A stretch of DNA of 55,312 nt, filler included, from Sphacelaria rigidula (taxonomy: Eukaryota), in the NCBI GenBank assembly GCA_964200075.2. It is 5 parts of 5 records of this genome, joined end to end, with 100 filler letters (N's around TTAATTAATTAA, not from the genome) between each part and the next. Parts side by side here need not be neighbours in the genome. Positions count along the whole stretch, not along the records: positions 33,249 to 44,230 come from CAXNAA020005583.1; positions 44,331 to 55,312 come from CAXNAA020005584.1; 3 more parts are not named here. The stretch is one strand, 5' to 3'. The position numbers were made by a program, and so were the translations under genes. Of the stretch, positions 38,142 through 49,246 are shown piece after piece. The first letter of the stretch is position 1. Each line of letters begins with the position of its first letter. The notes under the pieces were generated by a model that was given only the letters and a program-made list of their open reading frames with translations, was not told where the DNA came from and ran no database searches.

Positions 38142-38237
38142 CTGCCAAAGATACCAGGGGGTACGTGAAGGAACAGCATAAATACGATATCATGGATTCA
38201 AAATCGCCATCAAGATGTCGCATGGGGATGCGTTAGC
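38142..38237 (-). other. 3' end of a 5'-UTR intron of the UBL-eL41 gene
   Basis: Minus-strand GCTAAC branch site (38237-38232) and TATCTTTGGCAG acceptor ending at 38142, 26 nt before the ATG. Confidence 0.6.
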
Positions 38238-41034
38238 TTGTTCACGAGAGGAGAAACATACAGCACGATCACAATCACCAAAAAACATACGTGGCTCGAG
38301 CGATAGTGACTAGAGAGCTGTTCGATCAAATTCGTTTGGTTCGTATATCGAGTACGGCGTGCTTGCCCGCGTATACCCTCACGACAAGCACACGGGGACT
38401 AGTTCGGACACACCAGTCGTCGACACCTTCCTTGGAATTTTGCTATGCATATTATGTGGGTGCTGTTGTCCCGTCCATCATGAACGCCGGTTTTCACATT
38501 TCCGTTTACACGGGAGCAAGGTCAAAACGGGAACTTTTCCTCCATTTGTTTCCAGCACCCCACCTTCCGTTCGCGATGCTCGCCTTTATTCTTCATTGCG
38601 AGGGATTCATCAGCCCCCTTCCCTCATCAACCGTTAGACTCGCTTCAACGGCAAACGAATATCGATTTTCAGGACTTTAAAAAATCGGGGGGATGGTTAT
38701 ATGGTACAGGCAGCACAGATTCGTGAAACGGTCCTGTAAACAGTCATGTTTTGCGTGAGTGTGGTACAGCGTACTCGTGCATGAAGCCGAAAAGCAGGCA
38801 GGCGGTGACAACCCTCCGGGTACAGTGAAGAACCTTGATACCCTAGGGTAACGCAGTGCAGGACACTTCCTCAGTACAGTACATGATAATGCCTCATGGT
38901 AGTACATGATGGCAAAGTCGGTATTGCGAGAATACAGAACAGTGCGCGAGCAGAGTTCGGTTGTGCAGCGCCGCGCGTCAGCCCTGAAGCACAGCGGCAA
39001 GAGCTAGGAGCGTACAAAAGCGTTCTTTTCAATGATCCACATGTCAGCGTAGCGCAGTGTAAAATATAACTATGGCGTCAGCACTTATTTGCTTCAGCAG
39101 CTGGCGGCGGCAGGACGCACGCCCTGTGCTGTCACGAGATTTGTCTTCTGCTGCCGTTGAAATATATTAAACGCCTTGGTCTTTAGCAGTGTAGGTTAAT
39201 GGAAGACGTCGACTCAAAAAATCGGGGGAGATGGTTCCGAGATCGCGATCCTCCGATTTTTTCGCCCCCGATTTGCTCCAAGTCCGTGTCCATCAAGTGC
39301 GTTCCCCGATCTTGAAAAAATCAAGATTCGTGCCTGACAAAAAAGTGGGTCTCAAGCCGAACTTCGTGTACCCACAACATAATCGCTCTCAACTGTGGGG
39401 CAGGGGCTGAGACGAAATTCCAGATTGCTCCGAGATTTGAACGCACTAATAAATCATCAGGAGGTTCCGAGGTTACCAACCCATAGCCACCGGGGCGACC
39501 GGCCTCTGCATCAAATGCACGATCAAGGCACGTTATCAACAATCGAGCACCTCTCTTAGGATTGAACCTTGCCCATCCTCTGCGCGAGTCCACGTTCGTT
39601 CATTTTCACTGTAGGGAGCACCTGATAACACCGGCTGCCAGCTACGCTCAGAAGGGTATGGCCTTCGACGAGCGAAATATAATTTTTTGTTTCATCGAAA
39701 CGGTGTGAACGAAAGAAGCAGAAAATGTAATAATTGTTGACGTTGTGCGGGAATGGTGACGGGACCCGCGACACGAATAGCGTCAGGCCCAGTCCCTATT
39801 CTACACACACCACGGATGCACCGGGTGTGGGTGTAGTTTCTTCTTCTTGGAGCAACGAGTGTAGTTTCGACCAATCTAGTTGTAAGCCCCATCTCAAATT
39901 TCGAGGTGAAAACGCAGCGCCCGTGATGAAAAAGTCAACGTGTGCGAAAAAAAATCTTGTTGGTGGCTCCACAACTGACCAGACACGTCATATATTCGCA
40001 TCTTTGGTTCATTCTTCTTGCGCGCGTATGTTCAAACTAGCCTACTGCTTGAGGGCTTTACTCGAAGGATGAACGCTCGTGGAATTCCGCTCAAGGTAGT
40101 CGACGTGGGCCGTTTTAGCGCCTCGGCAGTAATTTTGGGATGGGAAATACAGCGCCTACAAGATAGAAACGATAGTTATTCGCGCGCACGCTGGGGTCAG
40201 CGATGCTAGCCGTTTGATCGGAAGTGGTGGTCCATTTGTGGAATCGACACCGCCTCCACTCGAGGAGATAGTCAAAATGATACCGATTTCGCAAACGGAC
40301 CACCTCCGGCGGTCAAGTGGTCAACTGATCATGATTTGGGTAAAATAGAACAAGTTGTGATCATACCCGAGTCAGTTATACAGCGATAACTCGCCGTAGC
40401 TGTCGTTCGGGAGTCACGGAGAGCCATCACCACGGTCAGATCTGCCCGTTGGCTGCGTGTACTGAAAGTGATGAGAATGGGCTTTTGGAAGATTGCTTGA
40501 CCTTAATTATTTGCTACTTGGCGTGAGATGAGTGTTGTGGTACAGCAACAGATAAATCAACCGACGTTCGCCCTTCGGTGACAACATTCTTATGAGGTAC
40601 TACACTCGACATCTCCAGAGCGGTGAATACTTGATCTAGTTCCTCCGCACCCCTTCCCTCGCAAGGTGGAATGATACAAGTCCGTATATGGGGGGCGCCT
40701 AGCCTATATTCCCGTTTTGCCTGTACTCGTGAAGTGGGGTGATGTTCATGTGTGCATGCATGAAAAACAGCTCAGGTTTAGTGCACCCTCCACATCAACC
40801 AGCCGCCTGGACGTGCTCTCACTAGACTAGACACCCCAGCTGTACAGTGTTTGGTGTCCAAAGAATACCTAGACATCGATGTTCGGAACGGAGTCCATAT
40901 CACTCGTACTATGAGATGCTTGTTGTTTTGGAAGTCTGTACTCCGGGTAACCAGATCATCTAGTAGGGGAGTACTCGATCGTGCACCGGGTATTTGGGGT
41001 GGTAAAGCCCGGGTAATATGGTGTACTGAAAACT

Positions 41035-41162
41035 AAACCCGAGGGATCCCATAGTTATCGCAGAGGCTCGAGTCGGTACTCGTCGGTCATGTGGGTTCAA
41101 ACCCGAGGGACCCCATAGTTCTAGCAAAGGCTCGGGTCGGTACTCGTCGGTCTTGTGTGGGT
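41035..41162 (+). repeat. Two-copy 64-bp tandem repeat
   Basis: AAACCCGAGGGA.CCCATAGTT...GGCTCG.GTCGGTACTCGTCGGTC at 41035 and 41099. Confidence 0.9.
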
Positions 41163-44100
41163 GGAAGAAATTTTTCATCATTATGGTGGCGAGAACAGTT
41201 ATCAGAAAGACCTGCAAGCAGGTGCACATGCGGCTGAGGCTCGAGCAGCATATCACCTGAGCAAATTGCGGCGCGCAGCACACACTTGGTGCCAAACGAA
41301 TTGTCTGTTGCGACAAGGATCAGTGATGGCATTGCGCAGTCCCATCAATAACCAACGGGGACGTGCGTACAACAGTTCGTAACCGCCTGTTCATGCGCGT
41401 CCTGTTTGATGTCAGCGGAAAACATACTATGCGCGAGCTGAGCAGGAAGTAACATTTTTTCGAGATTCGCCCTCACCTTCAGTACCGTACATGAAGTTCC
41501 AACCGATTGCTTTTGGAAAGTCATAGTTTCATTCGTTCATGGATTTTGACAACCGGACAGCGAATTGTGCGCGTGCTTGTGACTGAGACAAGCTCTAGCC
41601 GCATTACACTACAGTGGGTCATAGTGCAAAGCAAAGATCCTTTGCCTCAATACTTGCTCAATACGGGTGCATCACACGTAGTCGGTCGGGTGAGATCGAA
41701 CTCCGCCCGATGACTTCGACAACCACCCTAGTAAAAATGCGATGAGCGCAGAAGCTCTCCTTTGACTGATAGTCCAGCACGTTCCAGGTTTTTTCATCAC
41801 CCAGACAGAACCCTCTCGCGACACAAAACAAGAGGCGCGCACCACACAAGATGGGTGGAGTGCTGAAAACAAACAACAAGAACTCTTATGTTGACCTTCC
41901 CTTTGTGACCAGAAGGGTGTAGACCGCCGTCCAGGATGATGGGACGACAACACACACAGACTGCAACAAATGACGCAAAATAGCTTTTCATCCGAGAGCC
42001 CTTCAGGATTCTTGTGACGACGCCATCGTGTACATGGTTTGGCTTCTGCCGAGCTGGGCAATGAGGCTTTACAAAGGTACAAACTACGTAATCCTGTGAG
42101 CTCATGAGGGTGTAGGGGTGCCTGTTCATTTTTTCAGGGGTGCAGGGCGGTGCTGGCCATTATTTTATGTTCCGAATAAGGCCGAGCTCCGAGTTTGGCG
42201 AATACTCGAGATTGGAGTACATACCGCCAAGTTCGACACCAAGTCCTAGCACACAACTGCAGCATCACTCACTGTCATCACGGAAGGCATGAGCCAGAAA
42301 CAATCCGAACCTAGTCGGTCTACTTCATCGAGAAACTCGCAGCACGAGACGCCCCTGAAAAACTGAAGGGCAGCAGAGGGTGGGGAGGCAAGCCACCACA
42401 CAAAAAAACGACACAAGCAGATGCATAACTGAACCAGATTTACGTTTTCTTTGGTCCCAGCAATACAATCAATCAAAAGGGCACGATCATACGACAACGG
42501 AAGAGAAACAAACATTCCATAGACGTCCTCCCAGCGGTCAAGCACACTCACGGTGTAACTCACCGGTTTCGCACCAGCTGAGCAGTCAGCAGAGTGTCGT
42601 GCGCGGGCCCCACGATTACCTCTCTTTCCTTTATGCAGGAGGCGTTTCTGTGAATGCCATCTTAATCTTCTGTCATCCTACATTCTTCCTCTTTGCCAGC
42701 TCCGTCGGAGTTAGTCATGACAGGTTAAAGTCTGTACCGTGCAAGACGGGAGAAAGACAGGGAATAGAAAGGACTTCCATTGCTGGACTTGTGATGATTC
42801 CTGCCGCCACTTCACCCCCTGCTGCGTTGCTGGCGTGGGTGCCGTCGACCTCGCTCTGGCGGACAACATGTAGATTTATCCAACCTTCACGAACGAACTA
42901 CTGTGGGCACCAGCGACACGACTCTCGATACGATCCAAATGGTCAAGACGGTGGGATTGGAAAAGTATGGGGGCGACGGGGGGCAAAGAGGGCAAGGTCC
43001 TCGGCTTCTGCGTGCTTCATGAACTCCCGGGTATGTTCACCAATGGGTAATCCGCCTTGATATGCAGTGTTTGCAGTTGGTGTACAGACAGTAGAATACA
43101 GCAAACATGTGGGCCGATCGGCCGTGGCTCTATTGACCCGCTTATACAGTTGTTCCAAGTTCTGACTGTAATGCTTGCTGTACTTCTGTACTGGTACTGA
43201 CTGTACTGGCGTATGCCGCATGTACTGCTGCACAAGACAGTACGGTAAGCTCCATGCACTATTCAGTAGGCTGTCTATTGTGTGCAGAATGCCGTCTGCA
43301 TTGCGTGGTGTACTGGCTGTTACTCTACTGCACCACATTATCTGTCCTGTGCTGTACTGGACTGCACTGTACTCTCTCTGTATCTCACAGTCCGCTGTGC
43401 CGTATATACACTTGGCACCGGGTAGTACAGTGCAGTAGCGGCGTACAGTCAGTGCTGTTGTCGGTTCCGCGCAGGAGAAGGACACCTCATGGGTGAATGA
43501 GCCGCTTTGTTGGATTTTCGGCGTTGATCTTCTGGCCCAAACATCTATCGTAGCTTGTCTCGATTCCCGGGAAATGACGACAACTCAGAGTCGAATCTTA
43601 CGACGAGATCCGAAAAGTGTCTAAATTTTATATTCAGAAAGTTGAGACGACCAAGAGTCAACTCTTACGACTACATTCGTATACAACGAGGGACTGGTCG
43701 TCGATTCTTCCGACTAAAAATGTAAATGCGTAAACGACGACGACTAATTCAATGTCCACGAGCCCTACGGCTCAGAGTCGTGGTCGGTGGATGCGTGCGG
43801 GGGTCAACATATTGATCGTCAGGTTGGGTAATCTGCGTCAAGTGCTTGAGTGAAGATAATTATTCAACAGACGGCCTAACCTGGCGGTCATATGGTTGAG
43901 CACAGTGCCAAAATACACTGCTGTACTGCACCGTAATGTGAAGCCACTTGGGACAGGGAGTACAAACCGCTCAAAAGGGCATATTTTGACCCTTCGACGG
44001 CGTTTCTTTTGTGAAGAGACGATCAGGCGGGGAATCCCACGCTTAACCATTTGCTCTATCTACCCTCCGGGAGGATTCCAGCATACCTTGACGATTTTCG

Positions 44101-44230
44101 CAGCATGCAGTTTGACTCTGGTGAATAAAAAAGGAGCAATGGCCAAGAAAAGGTGTACTTTCTCGTTAACAGCCAGACACGCCATTTTGACCGTTTTCGC
44201 CCCCGATTTTTCACGCACATCATTCGGGGG

Positions 44231-44330
44231 NNNNNNNNNNNNNNNNNNNNNNNNNNNNNNNNNNNNNNNNNNNNTTAATTAATTAANNNNNNNNNNNNNN
44301 NNNNNNNNNNNNNNNNNNNNNNNNNNNNNN
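44231..44330. other. Artificial 100-nt spacer
   Basis: N44-TTAATTAATTAA-N44. Confidence 0.97.
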
Positions 44331-44837
44331 CAGAATCGCTTCTCGGCTGGGCCAGCTCGTAGACAGTGTGAGAAAAACCCCTTCCCTATATTTTGTTACG
44401 ACTTAGTCTGCTATGTTGTTCTGTTTGACTTTTTTTCGTTTTTTTTTTCTTGTTCCTTCCTTCCTTCAGAGCGTGTTTCAGCTTCGTTTTTCTCGGGTAC
44501 GTCCATCATGAGATCACGGCTAGACCTCTGGGGGGTCAGTTAAAGTGCGACAATGAAATCAATCAAATAATATATTACAGTACGTGCATAGTGTGAGTAT
44601 CATCTGCTGGACACGCGGCTGGTTTGACGCGATAGCGCCCCCTTGTACTAAGCAAGTGCGGTACCTCACAATAAGACCGCCGTCACGCACCAGTAGAGTG
44701 CTACATATTACTTATTGCACCATGTGCCAAAACGGGTCTAACCTCTGAGCGTGACTTAGTTTGATGGCGACGACACCTCGATAAGCACGTCACACACGAC
44801 CTCACCATGCACAGATACACCAGAGGATTTTCCTCAC

Positions 44838-45120
44838 CTGATCGCGGTATCTTTTCGCAGACCTCGAACACTATTTGACCACCACGTCTCCCACCGCAGA
44901 TCAACTCGAGCCGCGGCCGCCTCTACGAGCGCGTCACCCTTCACACTAGCGTCCAGCCCCGGGGTTGGCCCATTGTGTATGCGCCGCCTCGCCCCGACAG
45001 CCGCTGGAGCCTTATGAGCAAACTCTCGAGGACGGTGTGTGAAGTGTACGCAAACCTCCCTTAACTGGTGAGCAATAGCGGTCGCATCTCCGTAGATGTG
45101 GGCGTCAACCGCAATGTGCA
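44838..45120 (-). CDS. Probable internal exon, unknown protein (possibly part of the plastid-targeted gene starting at 47881); boundaries +/- a few nt
   Basis: CTAAC branch, CATCCAG acceptor, a single open frame HIAVDAHIYGDATAIAHQLREVCVHF...LRWETWWSNSVRGLRKDTAIR, and CAG|GTGAGG donor. Confidence 0.5.
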
Positions 45121-45309
45121 CTGGATGCTTGTGGTGAGGGCTCGCGTGTTGCGCCGTTAGTTTCATGTCAGGTGCTGGTCTGCAGCTAGGACTAAGCAGC
45201 TGCGTACCTACTACTGAACAACATTACAGTAGTGCACTCGAGTACTGAAGCACGAAACATGCACTTCGTAATATGTCATCTACGGTTGATTTGGCATGAT
45301 CAAAAGGAG

Positions 45310-45598
45310 ATTTGGGGGTGGACAGCGAAATGGTCTTATGCTCGTCTTCCGGTACCGGAGCAAAAGTGCTCATTTTGACGACCGTGATTGGTCAGAATGG
45401 TCATCCCGCCCCGCTCGGGCCTCTTGCACGGCTCATCATTTTCCGCGGGAAACTTCCAAACACATGTGGTTGAGTGCGTGAGCTTCTCTGATGCCCTGCG
45501 GAGAGACCCCCCCCCCCCCTCCCCCCGAGCTCTGGAAACCCCCCGATGTCTCGGGACTGTTAGCCTGTACAACTGTTCCGAGGCGATGCTCGCTGTAT
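45310..45598 (+). repeat. ~290-bp diverged direct repeat, second copy at ~46175-46468
   Basis: Shared GGACAGCGAA, GTGATTGG.CAGAATGGTCA and AGCCTGTA.AACTGTTCCGAGGCGA.GCTCGCTGT. Confidence 0.8.
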
Positions 45599-47543
45599 AA
45601 GAGTTAGTGGTCGACGACTGAAAGGGACTGTTGAACCCCTCTCGGGATAAAGAAAGTAAAAGGCAAGCATCGCAGAAGGAATGTGGAAAACCAAAAACGA
45701 AGAAGAAAAACTCTCCTGTTTTGGCCTTCCTACTGTGTGACCCTGTCTGGTGCGCCCACATATAGCGAAAGGTGTAGACCGGCGTCCAGAATAGATGCAA
45801 CGACAACACAACACAACACAACACACACCAAGTGTGCGTTGGCAGACATCAAATCGACGCCGAAGGTGCCCATTTAGATAAAAACGCACTCCGGACGAGC
45901 TGGGTCCACTGCTCACCTGCCCCAAACCATGAAATTTCTTAGAACTTTTTCCGCTCCAAAACCAAGTAGTAATCCTGTCGACCATAATTTTTCGCCCAAA
46001 GATTTAGGACTGCTGCCAAAGAAATGACCTGACGATCCGGCCAAATGCTACATACAGGGGATGGTTAAGCCTTGGACAGCGACCCCCCCACAGGTGGACT
46101 GAGATGGACTATGCTACATTTGGAGTACAGAACAGGTCTCATCTGTGTCCATATAATCTATGGTCGATATGTGGCTGGACAGCGAAGCAATTCACCTGTA
46201 AAGTAGAGGGGAAAAGTGGCCACTTTGATAGCGGTGATTGGCCAGAATGGTCACTCCGCTTTTCTCGGGGTCTCGTTCCTGGCTTACATTCTTCCGTGGC
46301 GAAGTTCAAAATACACATGGCTGACTTGGTGAGCTTTTGGGCTGTGTACTACAAAGAGCTCCCCACCCCTGCCGGAAACCACCCCCCCGCGCGCCCTGGA
46401 AACTCCCATATTTCGGATTCCCCTCGACTGTCAGCCTGTAAAACTGTTCCGAGGCGACGCTCGCTGTCCAGGCGTTAACCCTGACACCGCGATGCGGGTA
46501 GTCCATCTGGATGACACACTTTTTTTGAGCGAAATTGATGCCGATTCAGCAGGTGACGTACCCTCCTCGCGGCCAAAGGGTCAACCCTTATTAGACTACG
46601 AGGGTAGTCCATCTGGATCATGCATACTTCAAGGTTCAAGTATCACGTTTACGACTCTGACTCTCCGCGCGGCACTTTTCATTCACGGTAGCTTTTGCTT
46701 CTGGGCACAGCGAGCGTTGAAAAAGAGTTTTGGATATCGCGGTGTAGGAAGGAAGAAGACCGCTTGGCCATGCTAGCTCTGTTCGAAGTGTCGTAGTGCC
46801 GGGCTTGCGCTTTCCAACAGCGCTGAATCACACATCAACCCCACAGCAGTGTCGGATTTGTTGCACCCGTCGCAGTTTCCTGGTGCAACATCGTGTACAC
46901 CAGTGACACGGCCGAACATTTCACGATTGTGTCGCCGGAATTCAGTAGATATTGCTGCTTGGCAGAATTACTGTTTGAGTAATTATTTCACTTGATTTGA
47001 GTATCAACAGTCCCGACTGCTCCAACGGGCGTAGAACGCGTTTTATTTCACCGAGTGGTAAGTATGACCTCCCGTAATCCTGAACGTAACCGGTGATGAC
47101 GGGAAATCGCCCTTCACCCAAATTAACATTACATTACCCGAAAAAATCATCCAGATGGCATGCCGCAAGAGACAGTCTAGGGTCTTCAAACGAAGCTATC
47201 GCTAGGGAAGTCACTACTGTATTAAGGACAGCGCTCGATGAGCGCTGCGGCAGCAGCCATAAGTACCTCATGGGATCAGCGTTACATTTCGCTCTGGGAT
47301 CGTCAGGTTACTCTGAAGGGTCGCATTTTTGCGGAAGGACTGCCAGCGGCAAAAAATCATGGTAATTGGCATTGGCGTACAAAATTCATGTCGCTCAGGT
47401 TTCAAATGCATGAACCCTCGAGGGTTTGGGATTGACCTCGCGCTGCCAGCCAACGTGAGCTTTACCTGCACCTTTTCATCTTCACAGACGATCTTCCAGG
47501 TAACTATCGCACGCGCACACGCACACACACAACATGCCAAACA

Positions 47544-47608
<65 letters not shown>
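47544..47608. repeat. (CA)n/(TG)n microsatellite at an intron 5' end
   Basis: Long CA run; on the minus strand it begins with the putative donor GAG|GTGTGT. Confidence 0.95.
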
Positions 47609-47610
<2 letters not shown>

Positions 47611-47881
47611 CTTGGCGTTGCCCTGCTCGCGAAAAAAACAGCGACATCAAAGTCGTTGGCCGCCTAGTACGGGTAGCTCCCAATCTTTCGTCCCGGATAA
47701 GGCGGGAGGCAAAGTTACTCCGGTTACATCCACCAGAGGGGGCGACAGCAGTAGTATCAGGGAATTCCGACATGCGGCTGGGCAGCCATCTTGCGGCGGG
47801 CATGGGCGCGACAAATCCTCGCGCAGCAGGCGCCGTGGCGGCAAGCACAGCTACGGTGCCCAGCAATGCTGTGCGGGTCAT
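47609..47881 (-). CDS. First exon of a putative plastid-targeted protein (bipartite signal + transit peptide), product unknown
   Basis: MTRTALLGTVAVLAATAPAARG-FVAPMPAARWLPSR...: a hydrophobic signal peptide ending A-x-G, then F at +1 (ASAFAP-type motif of complex red-lineage plastids), then an R/S/T-rich transit region. Donor at 47608. Confidence 0.6.
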
Positions 47882-49246
47882 TGCGGGATGTTGTCGCGTT
47901 GACTTGAATACCGGAACAGTCCTGGGCGACAGTGCAGCATGTTGGGGGATCGGAGAGATTCGTTCCCTCGTTTGTTTTTTTGGGGTAAGATCACTACATG
48001 GTGGGGATATCGGAGAGATTCGTTGCCTTCGTGGTCCCACTTCATGAATGGAAGCACGGCGGAACTCAGACAAAATAGTAATATATATATATTGGCACGA
48101 GTCCCGGTGATACTTGCCAGCTGCATTGTAACATCGCAAGCTCTCCCTGCAAACGATGTAGCCACATGGCCGTGGTCGGTGGGGCGGCGAAAACACGAAA
48201 ATACTGCAACACCCGCCGCATATCGTGGGTATTGCTGTACTGTAACGTAACTACTGTACTGTACTAAACCGTTGCACGGCACTCTGAAATCATTATTGGA
48301 TGAAGCGTCTGTATCTAAACACACAAGTCAAACGAAAACCAAAATTGGCTACAAGAAAGGCCACATCAGCATCAGAATCGAGGTCGACCGCTCAATGGCC
48401 CAACTGCATGTCCTGGTGCGGAACAGAGGAAGCGGCATGACTACTACAACGAAATCAAGCTACACATTTCACCAGACACATGTTCTTAGCAGACACCAAC
48501 ACCAAACTTTGTAATTGTAGGCGACGCGAAGCCGACGGACGTCAGCAATCGCCGATCCAGATATTTAAAGTACAGCGACTAACTACTACTTTAGATAACA
48601 AACAGCCGAAGTATAAATGGATAGATATATACCTTTGACTTCGCACTCCCATGCAAACTTGCGGACCAGCTGGTACTGTATTGTGTTGTGCTGTTGTACA
48701 GTCTGGCAATCCTGCGGCCTGGCACCCGCGCAGTGTAACAATGAGTGATCCTAAGCCATTTTCCAAGTGCAACCGCGTTGACGATGTTGTTTTCCGAGGG
48801 CTTAATTTTATGTCGGATCTCCCACGACACACACGCTTGTGCCAGGCGGCTACGGCATCCAGCATACTCGTTCGTTTATTCGCCAGTATTCGTGCTCTAC
48901 CGTGCTCACTAAACATCAATCTATCAACGTATCGGTGGGGTGAATCCTCTTGAAATTGCCGACTTCGGGTATGCTCCAGTGCTGGGTAACCTGAAACCGT
49001 TTTAGCCTGCTTGAGCGCATCCAAACGACCACCACTACGACCACCGCCGTGTGCGAGTTTGTAAAGCAGCAACAGCCGCAGAAGAGCAGCAGCAGCATCC
49101 AAGAACGTTAGTCTATACATACCTATCATCTGTACAGGGATCAGACTCGGCAGCAATAACGTCGGCAATAAAGCTGTACGTAGTAGTAAGTAGTACAACA
49201 ACAACGCGGAAGACGTAGTTGCAGTTGCGGTCCAACAGTAACGACA

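Noticed and set aside
38116-38223. N-terminal extension of UBL-eL41 (MRHLDGDF...) in the ORF track
   Set aside because: It spans the intron sequence between a branch site and an acceptor; MQIFVKTL at 38115 is the ubiquitin-type start in a good context.
37696-38236. Plus-strand ORFs of 161 and 133 aa
   Set aside because: Antisense shadows of the GC-rich UBL-eL41 CDS.
42943-43056. Terminal exon (GLPIGEHTREFMKHAEAEDLALFAPRRPH...) of the plastid-targeted gene
   Set aside because: It lies on a different contig across an artificial spacer, has a weak acceptor and no recognisable domain.
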